Assembly: GCA_963739835.1 (NCBI GenBank)
Contig: CAVUBW010000026.1
Location: 127,538-191,537 of the forward strand
Origin: an uncultured Acidimicrobiales bacterium
GTDB taxonomy: Bacteria > Actinomycetota > Acidimicrobiia > Acidimicrobiales > VFJN01
DNA length: 64,000 nucleotides
Direction: 5' to 3'
Of this stretch, positions 56,380 through 64,000 are shown piece by piece. Within the stretch, counting starts at the first letter, position 1. Each line of letters begins with the position of its first letter. The translations under genes and the position numbers were made by a program. Below the pieces are notes generated by a model, which was not told the DNA's origin, made no database searches, and worked only from the letters and a program-made list of their open reading frames with translations.

Positions 56380-56964
56380 CTAGCGGCGGTGGTGCTCGCG
56401 GTAGAGGTCGCGCAGGACGCCGATCTCGGCGCAGTGGTGCGTCGCCTCCAGGAACCCGTAGCCGACTGCGCCCCACGCGGGCCGGTCGTCGCCGGCGGCG
56501 CCGACCCGCAGGCGCTCGTCGTCGCAGGAGCGCAGGTGGTCGTCGATGCGGGCCACGAGGTCGGTCATCAGCGCGACCGCCCCGGCGGCGTCGCCGGGAA
56601 CCTCGATCTCGTTCCAGTCCTGCGGGCCGAGGTGGAGGCCCCGGGCGACGTAGTCGTTCAGGCAGTCGTAGCCGTGCATGAGCCGCCAGGCGACGGTGGT
56701 GACCGGGGGCGGGACGGGTGGGTTCCACGAGTTCTCGACGACCCAGTCACCCTTGCCCCAGACGAGCGGGGCTGACGTCTCGCTCCGGCGCCGGACGCTC
56801 CAGCACCCGGGGACGGGCTCCCAGAAGTACTGGTCGTCGCTCAGCCCGGCGAGCGTCCGCCGGATCACGGTCCAGGCGGTCGCCAGCTGCCAGCGGAGCA
56901 CGTCGGCGACCCGGGTGGTGGCCCAGTCGCGAACGTGGGCATCCTGGCTCCCCTCGCCGGCCAC
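56380..56964 (-). CDS. DinB-like superfamily protein
   Basis: Track ORF, 194 aa: ..VLRWQLATAWTVIRRTLAGLSDDQYFWEP...VAWRLMHGYDCLNDY...EATHHCAEIGVLRDLY. Four-helix DinB-type pattern with conserved His residues. Confidence 0.6.
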   Translation of the reverse strand: MAGEGSQDAHVRDWATTRVADVLRWQLATAWTVIRRTLAGLSDDQYFWEPVPGCWSVRRRSETSAPLVWGKGDWVVENSWNPPVPPPVTTVAWRLMHGYDCLNDYVARGLHLGPQDWNEIEVPGDAAGAVALMTDLVARIDDHLRSCDDERLRVGAAGDDRPAWGAVGYGFLEATHHCAEIGVLRDLYREHHRR

Positions 56965-57086
56965 GGCGTGAGCCTAGGCACACGGGCGCGGTCCCCGGGG
57001 CGCATCGCTCGGGCGCGGGCGCCCGCGCAGCGCTGCACGCCGTGCCGGCGCGTCTGGTTCCACTACCCCCCCGGCGTAGCGAGCGG

Positions 57087-57476
57087 TCAGGTCCGCCGCT
57101 CGACCAGTTCGACCGGGTTGCCGTCGGGGTCGGCGACCCAGGCGACCCGCAGCGTGCCGAGCCAGTCGTGGGGCTCGGAGAGCACCGGCGCGCCCGCCGC
57201 CACCAGGCGGGCCACGGCCGCGTCGGTGTCGTCGGTCCACAGCGTGACCTCCATGCCCCGCCCGGGTTGGGCCAGGTCGAGGTCGAGCCCGTGGTCGGCG
57301 GCGGCGGAGGCGACCGAGGCGACGCCCAGCTTGAACCCGTCGAGGACCATCTCGACGTGGATCGGGTCGCCCTCGCGGGGCGTCCGGAACGTCTCCTCGA
57401 ACCCGAACGCCCTGTAGAACCCGACCGACCGGGCGACGTCGGTGGCGTAGACGTTCACCTGCGGCGTGGAGAACAT
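57087..57476 (-). CDS. VOC family protein (glyoxalase/bleomycin-resistance fold)
   Basis: ATG 57476 in track ORF 57087..57563: MFSTPQVNVYATDVARSVGFYRAFGFEETFR...VAWVADPDGNPVELVER. Confidence 0.8.
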   Translation of the reverse strand: MFSTPQVNVYATDVARSVGFYRAFGFEETFRTPREGDPIHVEMVLDGFKLGVASVASAAADHGLDLDLAQPGRGMEVTLWTDDTDAAVARLVAAGAPVLSEPHDWLGTLRVAWVADPDGNPVELVERRT

Positions 57477-57537
57477 GGCTTCGACCGTAGGGCACGGCCC
57501 CCGGCGGGCTGCCGTCGGCCTCGCGTAGCGTGGGCGG

Positions 57538-57978
57538 GTGCCCTCGCTCACCGTGGTGGCCACGATCGGCTACGAGGGCCGGAGCGTCGACGACCTGATG
57601 GCGGCGCTGCGAGCCGCCCGCGTGGCGCGGGTGGTCGACGTCCGCGCGACGCCACTCAGCCGCAAGCGGGGGCTCTCGAAGCGCCCGCTCGCGGCGGCTC
57701 TCGCCGAGGCGGGCATCGGGTATGAGCACCTGGGCGGGCTCGGCAACCCGCGGGACAACCGCGACGCGTTCCGGGCCGGGCGGCCGGCCGCCCGCCGTCG
57801 CTACGTGCGCCGTCTCGACCGGGAGGGCGCGGCCGACCTGGCGCAGCTGCGATCGCTGGTGCGCGGGGAACCGATCGCGCTGCTCTGCCTGGAGCGCGAC
57901 CACGAGGTGTGCCATCGCGGGACCATCGTGGACCGGTTGCAGCGCGACGACCCGACGATCGTCGTGCGGCACCTCTGA
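57538..57978 (+). CDS. DUF488 family protein
   Basis: Track ORF: VATIGYEGRSVDDLMAALRAARVARVVDVRATPLSRKRG..ALLCLERDHEVCHR. Confidence 0.8.
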   Translation: MPSLTVVATIGYEGRSVDDLMAALRAARVARVVDVRATPLSRKRGLSKRPLAAALAEAGIGYEHLGGLGNPRDNRDAFRAGRPAARRRYVRRLDREGAADLAQLRSLVRGEPIALLCLERDHEVCHRGTIVDRLQRDDPTIVVRHL

Positions 57979-58053
57979 TTCCCGGGCTGGCACCAGCGCC
58001 CGCCGGCGTTACGCTGCCGCATCGGGCCCCGACGCGCGGGGCATGCCTGCACC

Positions 58054-58803
58054 ATGACGAGCGACCAGTCTCCGGGGCGCGGCGCCCGCGCCGGGCGGTG
58101 GGGGCGCCTGGTCGCGGCGATCTGCGTGGTCCTGGCGGCGTCCGGGCTCGCGGGCTGCGGCGGTGACGTCGACAAGCCAGGCCCGGTTCTGCTGGTCGGC
58201 GACTCCATCTTCTTCCTGGCGAGCAACGACCTGACCCAGGCCCTGCAGTCGGACGGCTGGACGGTGGTCGTCGACGCCTACCCCGGGGCCGGCATCCAGG
58301 GCGGCGGCTACACCCCGCTCGACTGGCCGTCGCGGCTGGCCGACATGGTCGGCTCGGTCCACCCGCGGGCGGTGGTCGTCGAACTCGGGACCAACGGCTG
58401 CGACGGCTGCCCGTCGCTGGACGAGGCGATCGACGCCGACATGGCGAGCCTGCACGGCATCGACCCGGTGCTGTGGCTGACGGTGAACACCGAGGGGCCG
58501 CGGGCCGACCTGGGCCGGCAGGTGAACGCCGCACTGGCCGGCGCCACCCGGCGCCACGACAGCCTCGAGCTGCTGCGCTACGACGAGTGGATGAAGGGCC
58601 GCACCGACCTCGTGCCCGCCAACGACGTCCACCCGACCGCGGAGGGCAACAAGGCCATCGCCGGTCACGTGGCCGACGCGCTGGACGAGCGTGCCGGGGG
58701 CTGGCACCGTCTGCGGAACCGGGCGGTGGGCGCCGTCGTCGTCCTCGGCATCATCGCGGTGCTGCTGCGCCCCCGCCGCTCGGCGGTGTCGTCCCGGCGC
58801 TGA
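58054..58803 (+). CDS. SGNH/GDSL-like hydrolase lipoprotein with C-terminal hydrophobic segment
   Basis: Track ORF. Lipobox LAASGLAGCGG; VLLVGDSIFF (block I Ser); ELGTNG; NDVHPTAEG (block V); C-terminal AVGAVVVLGIIAVLLRPRR. Confidence 0.7.
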   Translation: MTSDQSPGRGARAGRWGRLVAAICVVLAASGLAGCGGDVDKPGPVLLVGDSIFFLASNDLTQALQSDGWTVVVDAYPGAGIQGGGYTPLDWPSRLADMVGSVHPRAVVVELGTNGCDGCPSLDEAIDADMASLHGIDPVLWLTVNTEGPRADLGRQVNAALAGATRRHDSLELLRYDEWMKGRTDLVPANDVHPTAEGNKAIAGHVADALDERAGGWHRLRNRAVGAVVVLGIIAVLLRPRRSAVSSRR

Positions 58804-59008
58804 GATCCGGCGGCGGTCGGCGGCGGCGGTCGCGCACCGCGCCGACGGCCAGGTTGAGCGCCATGCCCGCGGCCGCGGCGCTGCTGGCCAGGAACGGCAG
58901 CAGCTCCTCGACCGGGGCGCCGGCGATGTGGGCGATCATGTGCCCGGGTACCGGTCGGTCGCCGTCTTGGTCATACCCGTGCAGAGTCGTCGGCGGCCCG
59001 AAACTCAT
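58751..59008 (-). CDS. possible small hypothetical protein downstream of the ECF sigma gene
   Basis: ATG 59008 inside track ORF 58751..59359: MSFGPPTTLHGYDQDGDRPVPGHMIAHIAGAPVEELLPFLASSAAAAGMALNLAVGAV.. No family recognised. It overlaps the SGNH gene end by about 50 nt. Confidence 0.25.
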   Translation of the reverse strand: MSFGPPTTLHGYDQDGDRPVPGHMIAHIAGAPVEELLPFLASSAAAAGMALNLAVGAVRDRRRRPPPDLSAGTTPPSGGGAAAPR

Positions 59009-59022
59009 CGCGCAGGCGCTAT

Positions 59023-60042
59023 TTATTCGTCGACCCACTCCTCGGGCAGGTCGAACCAGCGGTGGGTCGCGGGGTCGAGCCAGGCGTTCAGCGCCGTGAT
59101 GAGACCGTCCCGGAGGCTCAGGACGGTGACCGCCCCCAGGTGGAACCGGCCGTCGTCGGGGTCGCGGAGGTAGAACGCCACGGCGAGCTGACCGCTGGCT
59201 GTGATCGGGCGTGCGTGCCACGCGTTCTGGAACGCCCGCTCGGACAGGAACCGGCCGATGTCGACCCTGCCCCGGAACCAGGCGGGGAACGGCGGCATCG
59301 TGAAGCTGGCGTCCTCGGCCAGCATGGCCAGCACGGCGTCGACGTCGGCCCGCTCCCACGCCGCGACGAAGGCGGCGACCAGGTCGCGGCTGGCCCGCTC
59401 CCCCAGCTCCCGCAACTCGGCCGCCTGCGGGCCGGCGACGAGCCGGGCGTCGACCGTCCGGCGCGCCCGCTGGAGCGCGCTGTTCACGGCGGCGACGGTC
59501 GTGTCGAGCGCCTCGGCGACATCGGCCGCGGGGAACTCCAGCACGTCGCGCAGGATCAGCACGGCCCGCTGGTTGGCCGGCAGCCGCTGGAGGGCGGCGA
59601 CGAAGGCCACCTCGACGTTCTCCCGCCGGTCGTAGCGGTCGGCGGGGTCGCCGCCGATCGGGTCCCCGGGATACGGGTCCAGCCAGACGGGGTCGTCCTC
59701 GGCGAAGTCGCCCAGGTCGTGGACGTCGGTCCAGGCGGGCCCGCGGTCGGAGGACAGCACGCGGCGGGGGCGGCGCTCGGCCACGCGGAGGGAGGCGTTG
59801 GTCGCGATGCGGTAGAGCCAGGTGCGCAGCGAGCTGCGGCCCTCGAACCCGGCGAGGCCCCGCCAGGCGGCGAGCAGGGTCTCCTGGAGCGCGTCCTCGG
59901 CGTCCTGGAGCGAGCCGAGCAGGCGGTAGCAGTGTGCGTGCAGCTCGCGCCGGTGGGTGGCGACGAGCCGCTCGAACGCCTCGCGGTCGCCGGGGGCCAC
60001 CGTCGCGGTGGCGGTGCGGGTCGAGCGGGAGTCGGGTGCCAT
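59023..60042 (-). CDS. ECF sigma factor with C-terminal SnoaL/NTF2-like extension (SigG/SigJ-like, ECF41/56 type)
   Basis: ATG 60042 inside track ORF 59023..60399: ..FERLVATHRRELHAHCYRLLGSLQDAEDALQETLLAAWRGLAGFEGRSSLRTWLYRIATNASL..LPANQRAVLILRDVLEFPAADVAEALDTTVAAVNSALQRAR, then about 130 aa (..AFVAAWERADVDAVLAMLAEDASFTMPP..). Confidence 0.85.
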   Translation of the reverse strand: MAPDSRSTRTATATVAPGDREAFERLVATHRRELHAHCYRLLGSLQDAEDALQETLLAAWRGLAGFEGRSSLRTWLYRIATNASLRVAERRPRRVLSSDRGPAWTDVHDLGDFAEDDPVWLDPYPGDPIGGDPADRYDRRENVEVAFVAALQRLPANQRAVLILRDVLEFPAADVAEALDTTVAAVNSALQRARRTVDARLVAGPQAAELRELGERASRDLVAAFVAAWERADVDAVLAMLAEDASFTMPPFPAWFRGRVDIGRFLSERAFQNAWHARPITASGQLAVAFYLRDPDDGRFHLGAVTVLSLRDGLITALNAWLDPATHRWFDLPEEWVDE

Positions 60043-60061
60043 CTCCCTAAGACTGTCGCGC

Positions 60062-60679
60062 GTGGGGAAACTCGTCGCCGACGACTCGACGGTGCCGTGG
60101 TGCGCGAACGTGGGCCAGGTGAGCGGACTCGACACACCCTGGGAACCGCCGCTGGCCGGCACGGAGGTCGAGCACCTGATCGGTGCGCTCGACCGCCTGC
60201 GCACGACGTTCCGGTGGAAGGCCGACGGGCTGGACGACGCCGGCCTGCGGACGACCGTGGGGCGCTCGTCGCTGACCCTCGGCGGCCTCCTCAAGCATCT
60301 CGCCCTCAACGAGGACTTCGCCTCGACGGCGAAGCTGAGCGGCGCGCCTCTCGGCCCCCCGTGGGACACAGCGGGGGCGAGCGAGGACTGGGAGTTCACG
60401 TCCGCTGCCGACGACAGCGCGGCGGAGCTGTACGCGCTCTGGGACGGTGCTGTCGAGCGGTCGCGGGCGCGGTTCGCGGCGGCGCTGGCCGACGGCGGGC
60501 CCGACCAACTGATCCACGTCGCGTGGCCGGACGGCCGTCACGCGAGCCTGCGCCGGCTGCTGTTCGATCTGGTCGAGGAGTACGGAAGGCACGCCGGCCA
60601 CGCCGACCTGCTGCGTGAGGCGGTCGACGGCCGCGTCGGCGAGGACCCGCCCCCGGGCTGGCGGCCGGTGTCGCCGTGA
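60062..60679 (+). CDS. DUF664/DinB-family protein
   Basis: Tail of track ORF 59957..60679: ..EVEHLIGALDRLRTTFRWKADGLDDAGLR..SLTLGGLLKHLALNED...LRRLLFDLVEEYGRHAGHADLLREAVDGRVGE. The start is uncertain (GTG 60062 or about 60119). Confidence 0.75.
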   Translation: MGKLVADDSTVPWCANVGQVSGLDTPWEPPLAGTEVEHLIGALDRLRTTFRWKADGLDDAGLRTTVGRSSLTLGGLLKHLALNEDFASTAKLSGAPLGPPWDTAGASEDWEFTSAADDSAAELYALWDGAVERSRARFAAALADGGPDQLIHVAWPDGRHASLRRLLFDLVEEYGRHAGHADLLREAVDGRVGEDPPPGWRPVSP

Positions 60680-61051
60680 CAGGGGGACCGGCGGTCGCAG
60701 GGGCGACGCTCGTCCTGCTCCTCCCCTCCCGCTCGACGGCTCGATGTGGCCCGACGAGGTGCGCGCGCTCGCCTCGCGCACGGTGGCCCCGACCCTCTAC
60801 GACCTGGGCGAGTCCATCGAGGAGTGGGCAGCGGGTGTCCTGGATCTCGCAGGGCCGGGCCCGCTGGCGGTGGTCGGCAACTCGGTCGGCGGCTCGTGCG
60901 CGCTGCCGCTGGCGTCGGCCTCGCTCCCGACCGGGTGCGTCTCGCGGTGGCCGGCGCCGGTCACTACGTTCCGCTGGAGCGGCCGGCGGAGCTGGCGGCC
61001 ATCCCGGCGAGGCGATCGCACGGTCCAGCCCGCGACCTGACCGGCGTTTAG
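60676..61051 (+). pseudogene. alpha/beta-hydrolase remnant (frame slips plus internal deletion of about 100 aa)
   Basis: ..ATLVLLLP / LDGSMWPDEVRALASRTVAPTLYDLGESIEEWAAGVLDLAGPGPLAVVGNSVGGSCAL / APDRVRLAVAGAGHYVPLERPAELAAI. The nucleophile-elbow block (GNSVGG) and the C-terminal His block (GAGHYVPLERP) are only about 20 codons apart. Confidence 0.6.
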
Positions 61052-61241
61052 ACGTCGACGCGGGGCTCGATCCGCGGTCCGGCCTCGTCCGTCAGGACCC
61101 CGCCGCCCACGAGCGCCAGAGCCACCGTGCTGAGGCGGGCGGAGGAGTTCGACCGGCGGAGCACCACCGTCTGTGGCACACACACATCACGCCCACGCCC
61201 TGTCCGCCGCGGATGTCGGCCCGGGATTTGGGCCGGACCGT

Positions 61242-62064
61242 CTACGGTCGTCGGCCCCAGGCCGAGATCAGCGGCGCCGTCGTGACGTCGAGTCGCCCGG
61301 CCTCGACCGCCTGCAAGTGGGCGTCGATCTCCTCGGGGGTCACGTAGCCACCCGCGATGAGCCCCTCGCGCACCTGGTTCACGTTGGCCTTCTCCAGCTC
61401 CGATCCCGCCGTGAGCGCCAGCGGCATGAACGCGTCCGCGGCGACCTCCACCAAGCCCGCCTCTCGCAGCAGCCGCGGCAGCCGGCGACCGAGCTCCAGA
61501 TCGGCGCCCCGTTGAGCGAGGAGCGCTCGAACGCCCGCCCGGACCTTGTTCGCCAGTCGCTGTTCGAGCCCCACGACGTCGACGCACGCCAACGGCTGCA
61601 TGGCTGGGTCGAAGTCCTCGATGAGGAGCCATCCCCCGGGACGGAGTGCCGCCGCCATGCGCTCCAGGGCCACTTCTCGCTGGGGAACGTGGATGAGGAC
61701 GAGTCGGGCGTGGACGAGGTCGAAGAGGCCCGGGGGTGCGTCGTCCGCGGCGACATCGTGTTGACGAACCTCGACGTTCCCGCCGACAAGCTGCTGGGTC
61801 CAGGACACATCGATGTCCGTCGCGAGCACGTGACCCGATGGCCCAACCCTCGAGGACAGCCACGCCGGGAATGGAGGGCCCACCGACGCCAACTTCCCAG
61901 CAGTGCCACCCGGCAGCGATGCCGAGCGCGTCGAGGTGCCGGAAGGTCACCGGATTGAACAGTTCGGCGAGACTGTCGAAGCGCTGCCCGGCCTCGGCCG
62001 CACGGTTGTCGAACAGGTAGTCGCTACCAACAGAGGACAGCGGCGGCTCAGTCACTGAGCCCAT
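61242..62064 (-). pseudogene. class I SAM-dependent methyltransferase with one frame slip near 61,880
   Basis: MGSVTEPPLSSVGSDYLFDNRAAEAGQRFDSLAELFNPVTFRHLDALGIAAGWHCWEVGVGGPSIP (ORF 61048..62064 frame), then AWLSSRVGPSGHVLATDID..FDLVHARLVLIHVPQRE..LRPGGWLLIEDFD (ORF 61242..61892). Confidence 0.75.
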
Positions 62065-62199
62065 GCTTCCTTGTCAGCGGCGACGCTGCCATGCCCGTGG
62101 GTTGCTCCGACCCGACATGGCCCGCGACGCGTCAGCCCGAGGGGTGCGCGACCCGGCCTCAGCGAGTGCCTTGCCGCCGTCGCATACGATCCAGCGCGC

Positions 62200-62754
62200 A
62201 TGGCCGGGGAGCGGGCGATCGACGCAGGGACGCCGGAGTCGCGCCAGATGGCCGAGGGCGTGCGGCGCGGCCGTCCGCTGCACCGAGCGGCTGAACGCGC
62301 TCCCATACGACGACCGCGAGCGCATCGCAGCGGCTTGGAGCGAGCTCACCGGCCAGCCCGTCGACCCGACCCTTCGCCTGATCCCGCCGGTGTACAGCGA
62401 CTGCGGCCTGAACCTCCGCATCGGCCGGAACGTCTTCGTGAACCAGGGCTGCCGGCTTGACGACATCGGCGGGATCGAGCTCGGCGACGACGTGATGCTC
62501 GGCCCCGGCGTCCGCATCATCGCTCGGGCCACCCGCTCGACCCCGCGCTGCGTCGACGCCAGGTCACCGCTGCGCCGATCGTCGTCGGACGCAACGTCTG
62601 GATCGGCGCCGGTGCCACCATCCTCCAGGGCGTCACGATCGGCGACGACGCCGTGGTGGCCGCCAGCGCGGTTGTCACAGGTGACGTCCCACCCGCCGTC
62701 CTCGTCGCCGGCGTCCCGGCGCGGATAGTGAAATCCGTGATCGACGGGTCCTGA
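62200..62754 (+). pseudogene. maltose/galactoside O-acetyltransferase-like (left-handed beta-helix) enzyme, frame-disrupted
   Basis: MAGERAIDAGTPESRQMAEG / [81 protein letters not shown] / own translation of the last frame ..[59 protein letters not shown] (TGA at 62752-62754). Confidence 0.75.
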
Positions 62755-63009
62755 CCGGCGAGCCCGAGACCTCGTTGTGCGGCTCCTGCAGTCGGCGGAC
62801 TTTGGACGATCCGCTGCGTGTCGGCCACCGGCTGTTCTGGTCCGCCTTCGCGGCCGGCGGCGGCGGCGCGAGCTTCGTGCCCGACGACTCGAGACGCCCG
62901 TCGCTGGTCGAGACGGGCGTCTCGGCCGGTGATGGATCGGTGGTCATCACCTACCACCGTGGCGCATCGCCGGTCCACTTCTGTCCGTCCTCATGAGCTC
63001 CGGCGACGA

Positions 63010-63480
63010 CCGGTCGCTAGTGCGGACAGCGCTAGGTCACCGAGCGTTGGCCCGTCCAGGACTTGCGGCCGGGGTCGTCCTCCTGCGTCAGCAGTTGAAG
63101 CGGGAGAACAACGTGCCGGTGCTCGGGGAGCTCAAGAACCGCGCGGTCGCGGCGCTCGTTGCGGTGTCCACCGGTCGTGGTCGAGGCGTTGCGGGAGCGG
63201 CGGGCGTTGCAGGCCGAAGAGCGGGGGCCCGCCGGGCCCGGTGGTCGGCCGAGTGGGCGAAGGTCGAACTCGTGTTCACGACGGCGAACGGGCGGCCGGT
63301 TGATGCGTCGAACCTGCGTCGCTACTTCCCTAGCGCGTGCAAGCGGGCGGGGATCGGTCGGTGGACGCCGTACGAGACGCGGCATTCCGCCGCCTCGCTG
63401 ATGTCGGCGGCCGGCGTGCCTTTGGAGCACGTCGCGGATGTGCTGGGGCACAACGGGCCGGCGCCGGCCGGCCTGACGGC
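63010..63480 (+). pseudogene. tyrosine recombinase (phage-type integrase) remnant: about 155 aa of the catalytic domain, frame-disrupted, with the N-terminal half and catalytic Tyr region missing
   Basis: ..VVLLRQQLKRENNVPVLGELK / CPPVVVEALRERRALQAEER / WSAEWAKVELVFTTANGRPVDASNLRRYFPSACKRAGIGRWTPYETRHSAASLMSAAGVPLEHVADVLGH (R..HxxR box context) lie in two frames of ORFs 62993..63883 and 63159..63401. Confidence 0.7.
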
Positions 63481-63513
63481 GACCATGACGAGGGCTGATG
63501 CCCTGGTCAGACC

Positions 63514-63558
63514 TGGTGGAGACGATGGGATTCGAACCCACGACCCCCTGCCTGCAAG
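63514..63558 (-). other. 3' half of a tRNA-Ala(UGC)-like gene (anticodon loop to CCA); att-site-like pseudo-tRNA
   Basis: Reverse strand reads CTTGCAG-GCAGG-GGGTC-GTGGGTTCGAATCCCAT-CGTCTCC-A-CCA, that is the anticodon loop (UGC), the 3' anticodon stem, a 5-nt variable loop, the T arm, the acceptor 3' strand with U70, and CCA. Neither the matching 5' anticodon stem (CCTGC) nor the acceptor strand (GGRGACG) is present upstream. Confidence 0.7.
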
Positions 63559-63673
63559 CCGTGGGCGTGGTGCGGATGACACCTCTGACCTGGGCTGGCG
63601 GCTGCCCGGCGTGGCCTGTGGTTGCCTCTGTCGGTCTGGTCGTGTGGCCCGTGTGTGGCCCGGCGGACCGTCG

Positions 63674-63892
63674 CTACGACTCGTCGTCGGCGTCGTGGAA
63701 GTAGACGGTCATCGAGTACCAGTCGCCATCCTCGGTGACCTCATCATGGAAGACGATGTCCAGAACCTCCACCGGGCCCAGCCCCTCGATCGAGTCGGCG
63801 ACCCGCCTCAGAAGCGCAGGAACGTTGTCCTGACCGGGGCCATTCGGGTTCGCCTGGCTGAAGTGCCGAACGTTCCAGGATGACGCACACAC
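63674..63892 (-). CDS. small acidic hypothetical protein in a lower-GC flank
   Basis: Track ORF, 72 aa: ..LLRRVADSIEGLGPVEVLDIVFHDEVTEDGDWYSMTVYFHDADDES. No family recognised. Confidence 0.4.
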   Translation of the reverse strand: MCASSWNVRHFSQANPNGPGQDNVPALLRRVADSIEGLGPVEVLDIVFHDEVTEDGDWYSMTVYFHDADDES

Positions 63893-64000
63893 GGTGTCGC
63901 AGTCTTGCAGCCGTACGTGCTCTGAACGGGTGGGGTTCGGTGTTCGACCTAGTGGTCTCGCGCGTAAGTCATTGTGAGTTACGCGACCTTGAGTGGGCGG

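Noticed and set aside
63514-63590. Complete tRNA gene
   Set aside because: Only the 3' 45 nt fold as a tRNA. The upstream sequence offers neither the complementary anticodon-stem strand nor an acceptor 5' strand (GGRGACG), and no D arm.

Overview
Very GC-rich (roughly 70% by eye) chromosomal segment with Actinomycetota hallmarks: crgA, an HspR/HAIR-type dnaK-grpE-dnaJ-hspR operon plus clpB, HU with an Ala/Lys/Pro-rich tail, DinB/DUF664 proteins and SigG/SigJ-like ECF sigma factors. I cannot place it more precisely.

Layout:
- 0-18 kb: malic enzyme (partial), Leu/Val dehydrogenase, pyrE, and a nearly complete de novo purine set on the minus strand (purM, purF, purL, purQ, purS, a ComB-like phosphatase, purC, purB, purE, purD, purA).
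- 18-23 kb: a glycosyltransferase, two methyltransferases and a PD40-propeller lipoprotein.
- 22.7-25.2 kb: clpB.
- 25.4-36.3 kb: a Wzx/Wzy-type polysaccharide locus (BY-kinase, Wzy-like ligase/polymerase, flippase, epimerase, three GT4 enzymes, a truncated priming transferase).
- 36.8-40.8 kb: the dnaK operon.
- 41-64 kb: conserved actinobacterial genes (GT-C membrane protein, trpG, ppx, crgA, thiolase, ECF sigma/anti-sigma, hup, DEAH helicase), then a small accessory stretch ending in a degenerate integrase next to the 3' half of a tRNA-Ala.

Most notable observations:
1. Two near-identical ~0.5-kb direct repeats at 27.2-27.7 kb and 36.3-36.8 kb bracket the polysaccharide cassette. Each has a ~405-bp core with ~120-bp imperfect terminal inverted repeats built from nested GC-rich hairpins. 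The right copy coincides with truncation of the priming glycosyltransferase. I do not recognise the element.
2. A family of ~55-nt palindromic units with compensatory stem changes sits 4-9 nt after stop codons of minus-strand genes. It shares a GAAGTGGTYG core with the central palindrome of the large element.
3. Frame disruptions are strongly patchy. They are dense in conserved housekeeping genes (purM, purF, clpB, dnaK operon, thiolase, epimerase) and absent from multi-kb neighbouring stretches. This most likely reflects localised uncorrected indel error rather than biology.

Several giant ORFs in the supplied track are high-GC read-through or antisense artefacts. Frameshift positions are by-eye estimates (about +/-10 nt).
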